Positions 40,786 through 55,580 of a DNA stretch of 64,000 nt are shown here, piece by piece. Each line of letters opens with the position of its first letter. Within the stretch, counting starts at the first letter, position 1. The translations under genes and the position numbers were made by a program. The notes beneath the pieces were generated by a model that was not told the origin of the DNA, made no database searches, and saw only the letters and a program-made list of their open reading frames with translations. The stretch covers positions 123,690,001-123,754,000 of the forward strand of contig OZ024744.1 in the NCBI GenBank assembly GCA_964016885.1, read 5' to 3'. This stretch comes from Eledone cirrhosa. Its lineage: Eukaryota.

Positions 40786-43700
40786 TCATCATCATCGTTT
40801 AACGTCCATATTCCACGCCTGCATGGGTTTGGACGGGTGTTTTCCCACTTGAGGCAAGAGTAGTTGTCTTGCTCGCATAGGACTGTCTGGCGGGTTTTCT
40901 ACGGCTGGATGCCCTTCCTCACACCCACCACATTTACAGTGTGGAACTGGGAGGTTTTTACCGTGTTACCTACACGGCCACATTACAGCGTGGACTGTGT
41001 GTTTTTTTGTCGTGACACCTACACGACCTCATTTGTTTCGGCCTGGATGTTGTGGCACCAACATAACTTTACATTGAAAGGGGCGGTGTGGATGGGGTGG
41101 GGGTAGTGGGACGGGGGTGTATTTTGTTAGAGGTGCCTACTGACTGTAGTGGGTTTTACTTTGTATTTAGGTAAGGCGGGTCTTCTCTATTACTGAGTAC
41201 CGCCAAAGGTCTCGGTCCAGTGACATTGTCTTGGAGAGGTGTAAGTGTGTGACGTCGGAATTTATCAAATCGTCCCACGTTATTCTGGGTCTGCCTACTC
41301 CGTGGCTACCGTCTATTTTTATTGCCCTGCACTTTTTTATACAGCTGTCGTCTTTCATGCGCATCACGTGACCATACCAAAGTAGCCTTCTCTCGAGTAA
41401 ACAACATCTGATCCCTCTTATTTCTAATTTTTGCCTTAGTTCGTTTATGCTTTGCCGTTCACAAATATTACTATTACACATCCAGCGGAGCATGCAAGCT
41501 TCGTTCCTCTCTAGTTTGCGTATTCCTCTGCACACAATGCCCAGGTCTCACTGCCATGCAACATTGCTGTTCGTATGCAGGCATCATACAGCCTGCCTTT
41601 CATTTTTAGGGAGAACCCTTTAGCGGCTAATAGTGGTATAAGCTCTCTGAACTTTTTCCATCCAGTTCTGACTCTAGCTACTGTACTTTCAGAGCACCCT
41701 CCCCCACTGCTGATTTTGTCACCCAGGTAACGGAAGGTGTCCACTTTCTATAGAACCCTCTGTGCAATTGAAAGAGCTATTATTTAGTGGGCACTTGCTG
41801 CTACTTATTGTACCAGAGCACCGGCCACATGTAAAATCTATGTTCCTAGTTAGCTTACCTGTGATCCCACTACATCTTTTATGCACCCACACTTTGCATT
41901 TGGGACATAAAATGGAGTTTCTACCTACGCCTTTCCTACACACTGAGCATGGCCATTTCCCGGATGGGACCGGCGCCCTATTTTCCTTCCTACAAACTAG
42001 AACTTTGGTCTTAGCCAGGTTAATTTTAAGGCCTTTAGATTCTAGGCCGTGCTTCCAAGTTTGGAATTTCTTCTCTAGTTCGGCCATTGATTCAGCTATG
42101 AGCGTTAGATCATCTGCGTATAGGAGTTCCCATGGGCAGCCGGTCTTGAACTCCACTGTTATAGCCTGAAGGGCAATAATAAATAGTAGGGCCTAAGAAC
42201 GGCGCCCTGATGAACACCAACTTTTACGCTAAACTCTTCACTATATTCGTTGTTAATTCTAACCTTGCTGACTGTTTCTTTATACATGGCTTCTATAGCT
42301 CTCACAAGCCATTCATCAACACCTAGTTTTCTAAGAGCCCACCAGATAATGGAACGGGGGACTCTGTCGAAGGCTTTCTCCAAGTCGACAAAAGCTAAGT
42401 ATAGGGGTTTACTTTTAGCTAGGTAATTCTCCTGTAGTTGTCGTACAATGAAAAGAGCGTCTGTGGTACTTTTGCCTGACACAAACCCGAACTGCATTTC
42501 ATCTATATCAATTCTCTCTCTGATTAGTTGCGCTATTACTTTTTCCGTGACCTTCATGACCTGGTCGATTAATTTAATGCCTCTATAGTTACTCCTATTT
42601 AGGGCATCTCCTTTACCCTTGTAACAGTTAATGATGATGCTGCTACACCAGTCCTTCGGTCGATTAATTTAATGCCTCTATAGTTACTCCTATCTAGAGC
42701 ATCTCCTTTACCCTTGTAACAGTTAATGATGATGCTGATACGCCAGTCCTTCGGAACAACCCCATTCTGTATGACTTGGTTTACTATCCGGGTGACCATG
42801 GTGTGTCCCACCGTTCCAGAGGCTTTCAGCATCTCAGCAACTATTTCCGAAGGCCCAGCCGCCTTACCCGTTTTCATATCTTTGATTGCCTTATTATACT
42901 ACCTTCGACTAACACTGCTGGTCCCTCTATTGGGTCGATGTGGGGGAGACTGTCTTTCTCCCATTTATTCTCATTTAGTAGCCTTTCGTAGTGACACTTC
43001 CAAGCTACCTTCTTATCAGCGTCAGTGATGGCAAGTATACCATCATCATTAAGTACACACTTCTCCCCGACAATATCACGGTTTTCCTTGACACATTGCC
43101 TAGCAATCCTGAACACCTCATGTTTTTGGTCCTGGCGTTGTAGAACATGCTTGAACTTTCTTTCCTCTGCTTCCCTTCTTCCGAAGTACACTTGTCTCCT
43201 AGCTTCCCTCCTGGCCACTTGATAGTCTTCTCTACTTCCCCCATCCCGCCATACTTTCCAAGCCTGCTTTTTGGCTTTAATTGACTCCTCCACCTTACTG
43301 TTCCACCGCCATGTTACTCTCCTCCTGCCCATAGGCCTACTCCAGCCACAGACTTTGTCAGCCGCCATCAGCAGGTTTGCTTTCAGGAATTCCCACTGTT
43401 CCTCTATATTGTACGACTCTAAATGCTCTTCCTTACTGTCGAAAGCATCAAGTAATATGCTTTGAAATTTATTTCTGGCTGTGGGGTCCTTTAGCTTCCA
43501 TATTTTTCTCCTGAGGATAGTCCTCTTCTGCTGTCTAGTACGTCTCGTCCTGACTATGAGGTCGCTAATTATGAGTCTATATTGGGATGTGCATTCTTCA
43601 TGGGGGAGGGATTTAGTGTTTACAACAGACACTCTGTCACGTCTTCTGGTAAGGATATAATCTACCTGGCTGGTATGTTCCCCTGATCTATAGGTGATCA

Positions 43701-43978
43701 AGTGGGTCGCCAGCAATAATTATATAGTCACTGTCGGTTATTTGGGAGGTAGTGAGCATCAGTGTCTCATAGAAACTGTCTTTTATAGCGCCAGGCAGTC
43801 CGGATTGGGGTGCGTACGCAGATATTACCGTCACAGTAGTTCTATTTAGAACAAGTCTTATTTTAATTATTCTGTCATTCACTCTATTTACGTCTATTAT
43901 CTTATCCTCCCATTTTTCTGCTAACATAATTCCTACCCCACCCAGCCCAATGTCATTTCCCACCCAGAAAAGCTTATA
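40786..43978 (-). mobile_element. RTE family 1, diverged copy with several frameshifts and a ~95-bp internal tandem duplication (42563-42753)
   Basis: Six ORF pieces homologous to the 1078-aa ORF. Confidence 0.92.
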
Positions 43979-44242
43979 CGCACCAAATATAAATAAGGCT
44001 GTTACGGGGGACAAAACTCAGAATTTGTCAACTCTTATTGATGGTCAGTCTACTTCTAAGAAATGTAACGTACAAATATCATTTTCTTTTTAACTCCCCA
44101 CCCTTCGGTTCATTCATCCATATATCTATAATCGCCCAGAATCAAAATCTTATTCATAATTGTCTTTCTCTAATTCTGTCTCACTGTTCAAAAAATATTC
44201 TCCACATTGTTCTAAATAATCTTTTCGCTACCATTTTGGTCG

Positions 44243-44304
44243 AAAAATTTTTCCAGGATTCACAAAAATTTTTCCAGGATTCATAGAAATTTTTCCAGGA
44301 TTCA
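44243..44304. repeat. Three ~21-bp tandem repeats (AAAAATTTTTCCAGGATTCA)
   Basis: Direct inspection. Confidence 0.8.
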
Positions 44305-44597
44305 TATGAAGGCTAAAAAACACTTGTGGATAGTGCAGTTTTAAATCAACATATCAAAACTGCACTATCCACAAGTGTTTTTAGCCTTCATATCATGTTC
44401 TCCTGTTTTATCTGATGAAAACACAAATATTATTGCATGATGATGTTTGTTTTTGAAATGCGCATAATAAAATACATGGAACTCCTTTAACCATCTTTTG
44501 ATCTTATATATTATGTATACTCCAGTCCTACAAACTGTAGAGTGCTTCTTATCCGATATCTGCATTGCTTTATTGTACTACAATAAAACTCACCTCC

Positions 44598-44602
<5 letters not shown>
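44305..44602 (+). mobile_element. Solo pLTR family B with 5' inverted segment; hammerhead at 44406-44472
   Basis: 44305-44342 is the reverse complement of 44356-44391. The remainder matches the PLE pLTR. Confidence 0.87.
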
Positions 44603-44660
<58 letters not shown>

Positions 44661-44849
44661 ATATATATATGTGTGTATATATGTATATATATATATGTGT
44701 GTATATATATATGTATATATATATATATGTGTGTATATATATATATGTATATATATATATATGTATATATATATATGTGTGTATATATGTATATGTATAT
44801 ATATATATATGTATATATATGTATATATATGTATATATATATATATGTA

Positions 44850-45640
44850 TCATCATCATCATCATCACCGTTTTACGTCCATTCTTCCACGCTAGCATGG
44901 GTTAGACAGGTTGTCCTGTTGTGTGCAGTGTCTGGTCGGCTGACCATGCCTTGTTCACACAGGAACTGATCTGGCTTGATTTCTACAGCTGGATGTCCTT
45001 CCTAACACCCACCTCATTTACAGTGAGTGCTGGGTGCTTTTTCGTGGCGCCTACATGTCCACTTTACAGTGTGGGCTGGGTGCTTTTTTGCCGTGGCACC
45101 TCCACGACCACCTTGCGGTGGGGGGGTGTGGGGGCATATTGTTTATATGCTTCAGCATGTACCCATGGGAGGTCGGGTACTCTGTATTACTGCGTGACGC
45201 CAGAAGTCACGGTCGTGTGTCATTGTCTTTGAGAGATGTAATTGGGTAAGTTCGGCTTTTATCACCTCATCCCAGGTCATCTTGGGTCTCCCCACTCTGC
45301 GGTTTCCATCAACTTCTAGTGCTCTGCACCTTTTTATGCAGCTGTCATCCTTCATACGCATCACATGTCCATACCAGCGCAACCGCCTCTCCTGCACACA
45401 GCATTTGATTCCTCTTATGCTCAGTCTCTCTCTCAATTTATTTATGCTTTGTTGTTCACGTATATTACTGTTATACATCCATCGGAGCATGCAGGCTTCG
45501 TTTCTCTCTAATCTACGTAAGTCTTCCACCTTCAGCGCCCAGGTCTCACTACCATGCAACATCGCTGTTCGGATACACGCATAATACAGTCTGCCTTTCA
45601 TTCTGAGGGAGAAGCCTTTTGCAGCCAGCAGAAGGCTTCT
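44850..45640 (-). mobile_element. RTE family 2, 3' fragment
   Basis: Matches 56248-57035. Confidence 0.9.
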
Positions 45641-45681
45641 CCCTGTATATATATATATATGTATATCTATGTATATATATG

Positions 45682-45747
<66 letters not shown>

Positions 45748-45754
<7 letters not shown>

Positions 45755-46432
45755 AATTAGTATATCTACTAACATATATATACACAGATGCATACTTATG
45801 CCAGTAAATATGTAGGTTTTGTCTTAGTAACTTTGTGGTTCAATGCATGGGGATGCAGAACAATAATATGAAAGACGTAAAATAAGAAAATTATAAAAAT
45901 TAACTTACTTACTAAAATTTCACTCCAACTAATTAGTTTCTGAAAGGGAAAAACATAGTTTCCGAAGAAACCTACGGAGAAGCCTTCCCTCATCAGGGAA
46001 GTCTATTCTCAGCTAAGTTTCCAGGCGATGTGTGGACGCAGGGAACTTATACAAAAATAATTCAGTGGATGGAAAAAAGCAAAGCATGGACTAAGTTCCA
46101 AGACATTGAAAAAATCACTGCCTACTGCGTCGGTGGCAAATTCAAAAGAATCAATCACGTGACATCGAGGTTAATCAGTGAGGAGTGGTTTGTTAAGAAG
46201 ACAGCAGCCGAATCATTAATATGAAGTATAGTAGCAGTTTTGGCCAATTTTGGCTCAACAAAATAATTTGGAGATAATTATAAAGAATTAGTATATCTAC
46301 TAACATATATATACACAGATGCATACTTATGCCAGTAGTAACTTTGTGGTTCAATGCATAGGGATGCAGAACAATAATATGAAAGACGTAAAATAGGAAA
46401 ATTATAAAAATTAACTTGCTTACTAAAATTTC
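45748..46432 (-). mobile_element. ORF-less element (family D) with ~150-170-bp terminal direct repeats and an internal hammerhead
   Basis: 45751-45921 is repeated at 46282-46432. Confidence 0.72.
45923..46000 (-). ncRNA. Hammerhead-like motif, family D
   Basis: ttcc-CTGATGA-gggaa..ttccc-tttca-GAAA-ctaatta-GTT-ggag. Palindromic helix III ACTAATTAGT, irregular stem II base. Confidence 0.6.
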
Positions 46433-48016
<1,584 letters not shown>

Positions 48017-48063
48017 TATATACGATATTAAATAAATGGAAACTACATTTATAAAACCATATT

Positions 48064-48128
48064 TATTTCATTATACATATTTCAGGGATACCAAATTAAA
48101 ATATGGCATGCCTTCGTCAGATAAAATA
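48064..48128 (-). ncRNA. Type I hammerhead, family E
   Basis: tattttat-CTGACGA-agg.atgcca..tggtat.cct-GAAA-tatgt-ATA-atgaaata. Confidence 0.8.
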
Positions 48129-48991
48129 CAATATATAAACAGTTTTATAAATAATTTTGACGTACCCTATTATAAGCGACCATTATAAGGAGAGAGAGAA
48201 AGAAGGAAGATATATATAAATAGATAGGAGGAAATGAAAAAGAAAAAAGAAAGAAATAAGAAAGGCAAAAGAAAGCAACAGAGAGATAATAATTCATCAT
48301 ACAGATAGAGAAACTCAAGAGAGAGGAAGTACTATATAGATAGAAGAGGATACAGTGACAACTTTACGTCATGTCATATTAAGTTGAATTAACAATTCAT
48401 ATGAAATGAATAATAAAAATGCAAATATCAATATTCATGAGACATAGATATATAGTATGAGAAAATAACATTGTATATTGACCTCAGAGTTTTAAACTAA
48501 ACATATGGTCATTATTGAACAATGTTATTTTCTCATTCTATATATCTGTCTCATTCATGAATATTGATAATTGCATTTTTATTATTCATTTCATATGAAT
48601 TGTTTAATTCAACTTAATATGACATGACGTAAAGTTGTCACTGTATCCTCTTCTCTCTATATAGTACTTCCTCTCTCTTGAGTTTCTCTATCTGTATGAT
48701 GAATTATTATCTCTCTGTTGCTTTCTTTTGCCTTTCTTATTTCTTTCTTTTTTCTTTTTCATTTCCTCCTATCTATTTATATATATCTTCCTTCTTTTTC
48801 TCTCTCCTTCTCTCTCTCCGTTTTTTTCTTTCTCTCCGTTTTTTTGTTTCTCTCCATCTTTATTCTAACTGTGCTTAACACTATAACTAATAAAATAATT
48901 ATAAACATCTCACTATCCAGACAGCTTCCAAAAATAATGGTCGCTTATAATAGAGTACGTCAAAATTATTTATAAAACTATTTATATATTG

Positions 48992-49056
48992 TATTTTATC
49001 TGACGAAGGCATGCCATATTTTAATTTGGTATCCCTGAAATATGTATAATGTAATA
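48992..49056 (+). ncRNA. Type I hammerhead, family E
   Basis: Mirror copy with one stem I mismatch. Confidence 0.75.
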
Positions 49057-49390
49057 AATATGGTTTTATAAATATAATTTCCATTTATTTAATATCGTAT
49101 ATCTACTCCAAAAACTTGTCGAGTGCTTTATATCAGTTATAAAATATTTACTTGTTGTATCCCAACAATTTTAAATAAATCTTTTGCATATATTTATATA
49201 TCTATATATATGTATTTATATATAAATATATATTTATATATAAATATATAATTCTGGCAATATTACACAAATATGACCCTCCCCAAGTATAACAATATTT
49301 ATATATATATATATATGTATATATATTTATATATATATATATGTATTTATATATATATATATCTGCCGATATTACCTCTTGTTGTTTTGA

Positions 49391-49432
49391 TTGCCCTGAT
49401 GAGTCCTTAATAGGACGAAACATTGTCAGCTA
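49391..49432 (+). ncRNA. Minimal hammerhead core, family G
   Basis: CTGATGA-gtcc(ttaata)ggac-GAAA-catt-GTC. Textbook core, but stem I pairs poorly. Confidence 0.7.
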
Positions 49433-49502
49433 ATAAAAACTTTTGATGTATTAAAGGATTCTTTGTTTTACTCTCTTTATATATGTATATATATATTTAA
49501 AT

Positions 49503-50096
49503 ATATATATATATATAAAATATAAAAAAAATAATGAATAAAACAATGAAACAGTTCCTTATATTAAACAAAAAAAGTTCATTATTTAACGATCGTTTCT
49601 AGGATATATATGTGTTAGAATTGGCATGCATATTCAACAGATCTATGTACAAAATTATACAAAATTATACAAAATATCAAAATTAAATATACATACCAAA
49701 CACATATATATGCCGTCTTCAGAAATAATGAAATATATTTATTGATAATAACAACAATTCAAAATTACAGGTCTGTTTGGGAACAGAGTTCAAATTGACC
49801 AATGAAAATACAAAAAGTTTATACAGTTAGGTGTGTGTATATATATGTAAGTAACTTCGTTCACAGATATGCATAAAGATATATGTTCACATGCATACGC
49901 ATGCCAAAAAGATGTATGTAAATACAAAAATTCAAGGCTAATGTCTCTGTATGTTTATAATCTACAGATAAAATACGTATACACATATAAATATAAAATA
50001 AATATACACACACATTCATATACTCACACATATACGTACATTCACACACACACGCGCGTATACGCATAAACATACACACAACCACGAACATACATA
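49503..50096 (-). mobile_element. pLTR/3' region family H, duplicated at 60657-61218
   Basis: Near-identical blocks. Confidence 0.85.
49578..49732 (-). ncRNA. Type I hammerhead, family H, with ~116-nt stem II
   Basis: 10-bp stem I ttcattattt/aaataatgaa, CTGAAGA, long hairpin atatatgtgtt/aacacatatat, GAAA-cgatcg-TT. Confidence 0.78.
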
Positions 50097-50354
50097 CACA
50101 CATACACCCCCACACACATATATGTGTATATACTATTATCATAAGCATATGGACATTAATGCGCGCACATAAACACTGCCACACATATTTAGATCCAGAT
50201 ACAGAAAGTAGGTGGGGGGGGGGAAGAGGTCAGTATTCACCGGTGTCAGCAGACTGCCTATTTATAAATGTATCTATAAACTTAGAAATAAAAAGAAAAG
50301 AAAAAGAAAAAAGAAATATATCAAGAAAATATATATATATTTATATACACATAC

Positions 50355-50394
<40 letters not shown>

Positions 50395-50688
50395 ATATAA
50401 ACAAGTAAAATATAAAATATACATCGATATACATACATATACATATATATATATATATATATACACATACATACATATACATACACATATACACAAACAC
50501 ATACATACACATACATATACATACACACACCATATAAATACACATACACATACACACACGCATACATATAGAGACACATACATATACACATATAAATACA
50601 TAGACATATACACATATACACACATATATATATATATATATATACACATACACGCATACATATATATATATATACATTCACAACACAC

Positions 50689-50737
<49 letters not shown>

Positions 50738-50802
50738 CACACATATCTACACACATATATAAACACACTCATGTATATACACACATACACATACATACCC
50801 AC

Positions 50803-50855
<53 letters not shown>

Positions 50856-50941
50856 TATATATATATATATATACACACTCACATACACACACATACACAT
50901 ACACATATATAAAGATATATATACACACACTCACACATATA

Positions 50942-50984
<43 letters not shown>

Positions 50985-51442
50985 CACACATACATATATA
51001 TATACACACATACATACACACACATACATACTCATACATAGACATACATATATACTCACACACACATACACACATACATATACGCATATATACACATACA
51101 TACACATCCATGTATGCGTATATACATACAAACACCACCACACGCTCACACAACTCAGACATACATAGATAAAGGGATATACATACACATATATACATAT
51201 ATAAATAGAGATACACATACATATATAAATATATACACACGTACACACACAAACACACATACATACAATACATACACACATACATATATATACACACACA
51301 TACACACATATATACATATATATATATATACACACATATACACATATATATATATACATATATATATACATATATATATATACATATATATAAAAAAATA
51401 AAGAAATAAGATAAATAAATAAATTAATACACACAGTCAGAC

Positions 51443-51649
51443 AAATAATGAACTTTTTTTGTTTAATATAAGGAACTGTTTCATTGTTTTATTCATTATT
51501 TTTTTAATATTTTATCTTGACTCTGTATTCCGTTTATCTTTCACCGAAAGTGATTTTTCATTGCATCTCTTCTTTCCATGATATCCGGATTACATTGAGT
51601 TCTTCATACGGATTGGACACTACCGTAAACTCTTGGTAGATTTATCTAC
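51443..51649 (+). mobile_element. Family H fragment beginning at the predicted hammerhead cleavage site
   Basis: Starts aaataatgaac. The remainder is the reverse complement of ~21687-21885. Confidence 0.78.
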
Positions 51650-51774
51650 ATATATATATATATGTATATATATGTATATATATATATATATTTATAAATA
51701 TATATATATATTTACATATATTTATATATATGTATATATATATGTATATATATATATATTTATAAATATATATA

Positions 51775-54700
51775 GCCTATTCGACCAATCAAACCTCAGC
51801 ATGCCATTTCTTCTGCTACTACTACTACTACTACCTAACTAACTCTCTCCTCCTCTGCCCCAGCCCAACACACCCTGCCATTATCCCACCACCACTGTTC
51901 TTCTAGCCCTCAATTTTCCTACTGTTATGGATGGATGAGCTGAGAATAAATTTGAGCAACTCTGAATCAATAGATGAAATATGAATCTGTGAGCTACCAA
52001 GCCCCCACGTGAAGCGCCAACCCAGAGACCCTCCCCTACGAGTGTCGACAAATGCCCAAAACTCCGAGTTGGTACCATCAATGTAGGCAAAATGAAAGGA
52101 AGAGCAGGAGAAATCGTAGAAATGCTAGAGCGAAAGGAAATTGATGTATGCTGTGTGCAAGAGACTAGATGGAGAGGAGAGTCTGCTAGAGTCCTGGTAG
52201 GAAAAAGTAGGTACTACAAATTTTTCTGGGTGGGAAATGATGATGGGATGGGTGGTGTAGGTATACTACTAGCTGACAAGTGGGTAGATAAAGTAATCTC
52301 AGTGTACAGGGTAAATGCAAGAATCATTAAACTCAGACTAGTCCTGAATAAAAGAATTACCACAATAATATCAGCTTACGCACCCCAATCGGGGCTGCCA
52401 GACGAACTTAAGGATAGGTTTTACGAGTCCCTAATGCACACTACTGCTCTAACAGACGACAAGGACTTCCTAATCATCGCAGGAGATTTTAATGGACACG
52501 TAGGTAAACACTGCGACGGCTTCAATAGAGTACACGGAGGCCATGGGGTTGGCACAAGAAATGAGGAAGGATTCTGACTTCTAGAATTCTGCGACGCCAA
52601 TGACATGTCGATATGTAACACAAACTTTAAAAAACCCGACAACCACCTGATCACCTATAGATCAGGGGAGCACTCTAGTCAGTTAGATTTTATCCTCATC
52701 AGAGGACGTGACAGATGGATGGTCGTAAACACAAAAGCCTTCCCTAGTGAGGAATGTACATCCCAACATAGCTTAGTTGTCAGAACTAGACGAACCCGGA
52801 AACAGAGGCCAACCTGGAGAAGAAAGATCTGGAACTGAAAGTCCCCTCAACCAGTAACAGATTTAACGATATTTTACTCAACGCCTACGAGAGTAAAGAA
52901 GAACAGATAGAGACATTTAATGTAGAAGAGAACTGGGAGTTCCTAAAAAATAATTTACTAGAGGCGACGGATGAGGTCTGTGGCTGGAGTAAGACCTCAA
53001 GCAGGAGGTGGTGGAACAATAAGGTAGATGAAGCAGTTAAGGCCAAGAGACAGGCATGGAAAGAATGGAAGAACGGGGGGAGCAGGGTACATTACATAGA
53101 GACCAAGAGGGAAGCTAGGCGACAAGTATACTTAGCTAGGAGGGAAGCAGAGGATAGAAAATTCAAGCATGTTTTACAACCTGAGGACCAGAAACAGGAG
53201 GTATTCAAGATTGCGAGGCAGTGTGTCAGAGAGAGTTGTGATGTCATTGGAGAGAAGTGTATCCGGAATGATAAAGGTGAGCTTGCCCTCACAAGTGCTG
53301 AGAAGAAAGATGCATGGAAGAGTCATTATGATAGATTACTAAATGAGGAGAATGCATGGGAAGAAGAAACCCTACCCCAAGTAGACCCTATAGAGGGACC
53401 AGCAGTAAAAGTCAGCAGCAGCGTAGTAAGTAAGGCAATCAAAGATATGAAGATGGGGAAGGCAACCGGTCCATCGGGTATAGCTGCCGAGATGCTGAAG
53501 GCATCTGGGTCTGTAGCTCACACTATAACCACACGTATTGTTAACCAGGTAATACTAGAAGGGGCCATACCAAAAGATTGGTGCAGTAGCATCATTGTCA
53601 ACTGCTACAAAGGTAAAGGCGATGCACTAGATAGAGGAAACTATAGAGGTATAAAGTTGATGGACCAGGTCATGAAAGTAACAGAAAGAGTTATAGCACA
53701 GCTGATTAGGGACCGGGTGAAAATAGACGAAATGCAATTTGGGTTTGTACCAGGAAGAGGCACCACTGATGCCCTCTTCCATGTGAGGCAATTACAGGAA
53801 AAGTACCTAGCTAAAAGTAAGCCACTCTACTTGGCATTTGTCGACCTTGAGAAAGCCTTTGACAGAGTTCCACGTGCTGTAATCTGGTGGGCTTTAGAAA
53901 ACTAGGAGTAGATGAATCGCTTGTGAAAGCGGTACAAGCCATGTATAGGGTAGCAGTCAGCAAAGTTAGGATGAGCAATGAGTATAGCGAGGAATTTAGC
54001 ATACAGGTTGGGGTCCACCAGGGCTCTGTTCTTAGCCCTCTCCTGTTCATCATAGTCCTGCAGGCAATAACGGAGGAGTTTAAGACCGGATGCCCATGGG
54101 AACTCCTGTATGCTGATGACCTCGCACTCATAGCTGAATCTATGGTAGAACTAGAGAATAAATTCCAAACCTGGAAGCAGGGACTAGAAAGAAAGGGTCT
54201 CAAAGTCAACATGACAAAGTCTAAGGTCCTTGTAAGTAGACGAGAAAACAGAACTCAGGTCCCCTCAGGGAAATGGCCTTGCTCAGTATGTAGGAAAGGT
54301 GTAAGTAGGAACTCCATTCTCTGCCCCAAATGCAAACAATGGGTACACAAGAGATGTAGCGGGATCTCAGGAAGCTTAATTAAGAATGTAGGATTCACAT
54401 GCAGCAGCATAAATGAATTGAGAGAGAGACTGAGCATAAGAGGAATCAAATGCTGTGTGCAGGAGAGGCGGTTGCGCTGGTATGGACATGTGATGCGTAT
54501 GGAGGATGACAGCTGCATAAAAAGGTGCAGAGCACTAGAAGTTGATGGAAACCGCGGAGTGGGGAGTCCCAAGATGACCTGGGATGAGGTGATAAAAGCC
54601 GACCTTACCCAATTACACCTCTCAAAGACAATGACACACGACCGTGACTTCTGGCGTCACGCAGTAATACAGAGTACCCGACCTCCCATGCGTACAAGCT

Positions 54701-55001
54701 GAAGCATATAGACAATATGCCCCCCCCCCCACCGCAAGGTGGTCGTGGAGGTGCCACGGCAAAAAAAGCACCCAGCCCACACTGTAAAGTGGACGTGTAG
54801 GCGCCACGAAAAAGCACCCAGCACTCACTGTAAATGAGGTTGGTGTTAGGAAGGGCATCCAGCTGTAGAAATCAACCAGATCAGTTCCTGTATGAGCAAG
54901 GCATGGTCAGCCAACCAGACACTGCCCACAACAGGACGACCCGTCTAACCCATGCTAGCGTGGAAGAACGGACGTAAAACGGTGATGATGATGATGATGA
55001 T
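51775..55001 (+). mobile_element. RTE family 2, near full length but decayed (stops, frameshifts, internal deletion at ~54405)
   Basis: ORF pieces 52092-52577, 52605-52838, 53447-53905 and 53887-54702. (ATG)n tail. Confidence 0.92.
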
Positions 55002-55150
55002 ATATATATTTATATATATTTATATATATGTATATATATATGTATATATATATATGTATATATATATATGTATATATATGTATATATATATATATGTATA
55101 TATATATATAAATGTATATATATTGTATATATATAAGTTTTAATATAGAT

Positions 55151-55203
55151 GAGATTCTACAGGACTAGAACTGTTTCATTCTTTAAAAATCATCAGGAAT
55201 CTC
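55151..55203 (-). ncRNA. Type I hammerhead, family F
   Basis: gagattc-CTGATGA-tttttaaagaat-GAAA-cag(ttctagtc)ct-GTA-gaatctc. Confidence 0.72.
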
Positions 55204-55223
55204 CTGATTCTCTTGAATCTCCT

Positions 55224-55272
55224 GATTCCTGATGATTTCTAAAGAATGAAACAGTTCTAGTCCTGTAGAATC
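55224..55272 (+). ncRNA. Type I hammerhead, family F
   Basis: gattc-CTGATGA-t-ttc(taaa)gaa-t-GAAA-cag..ct-GTA-gaatc. Confidence 0.75.
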
Positions 55273-55350
55273 TCATCTATATTAAAACTTTTATACTCTG
55301 CAATGTATTGAGTACCTTACTTACTGTGGTTACCTCCGATTCAACCCGGA

Positions 55351-55386
<36 letters not shown>

Positions 55387-55514
55387 AAAGTTATATTTAA
55401 AATTGTTGGGTTACAACTAGTAAATATTTATAACTGATATAAAAGCACTCGACAAATATTTGGAGTATATTTACAATATTAAATAAATGGAAACTATATT
55501 TATAAAACCATATT

Positions 55515-55580
55515 TATTTCATTATATATATTTCGGGGATATCATATTAACAATATGCTATGCCTTCCTCAGACAAAATA
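55515..55580 (-). ncRNA. Type I hammerhead, family E variant
   Basis: tattttgt-CTGAGGA-aggcatagcatatt..aatatgatatcccc-GAAA-tatat-ATA-atgaaata. Flanks are homologous to 48.9-49.2 kb. Confidence 0.65.

Larger units (their letters stand above)
48017..49102. repeat. ~1.1-kb imperfect fold-back of PLE-type 3' region (family E)
   Basis: 48017-48185 pairs with 48937-49102, and ~48190-48472 pairs with ~48519-48815. Confidence 0.85.
55135..55290. repeat. Short inverted repeat made of two opposed hammerheads (family F)
   Basis: 55135-55201 is the reverse complement of 55224-55290. Confidence 0.87.

Noticed and set aside
44243-44304. Three ~21-bp direct repeats as a possible CRISPR array
   Set aside because: No spacers, eukaryotic context, and no cas genes.
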